From Dehalococcoidia bacterium (GTDB taxonomy: Bacteria; Chloroflexota; Dehalococcoidia; SM23-28-2; RBG-16-64-32): a stretch of DNA of 64,000 nt. The notes under the pieces are model-generated. The model was not told the origin of the DNA. It saw nothing but the letters and a program-made list of their open reading frames with translations, and searched no databases. Of this stretch, positions 64,000 through 64,000 are shown piece after piece (the stretch's first letter is position 1; the number at the start of each line of letters is the position of its first letter). The stretch lies in assembly GCA_963665775.2 (NCBI GenBank), contig CAXXTF010000001.1:320001-384000 (forward strand), given 5' to 3'. A program made the position numbers and the translations under genes.

Positions 64000-64000
64000 C

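Overview
High-GC chromosomal window, most likely from a Chloroflexota / Dehalococcoidia-like bacterium (inferred from the dnaA-obgE-nadD-gyrB order, the 11-subunit nuo cluster and PT-linker/dockerin-like proteins). It probably spans oriC, since the + strand flips from C-rich to G-rich at about 52.3 kb. Core content is lipA, a GlnR-like regulator with amtB, a broken glnK and two glnA genes, nuoA-N without nuoEFG, valS, the gcv operon, ruvB, an ABC exporter pair, the tRNA-tuf-rpmG-secE-nusG-rplKAJL cluster and CoA-transferase/crotonase genes. The standout is a compact five-gene phage structural module at 33.7-38.7 kb: capsid (one frameshift), spike-like, fibre-like with an in-frame orphan second C-terminal tip, adaptor-like and tail hub-like genes. 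It lies between housekeeping genes behind a degenerate SOS-like box, with no integrase, terminase or portal in the window, so it is a candidate domesticated GTA-like system. Other highlights are two unrelated secreted proteases sharing a DNA-level copied dockerin-like module, a decayed island (half tRNA-Thr(CGT), arm-type repeats, R-M controller pseudogene with a C-box) and a Rieske protein lacking both Cys iron ligands. All calls are by eye; no searches were run.
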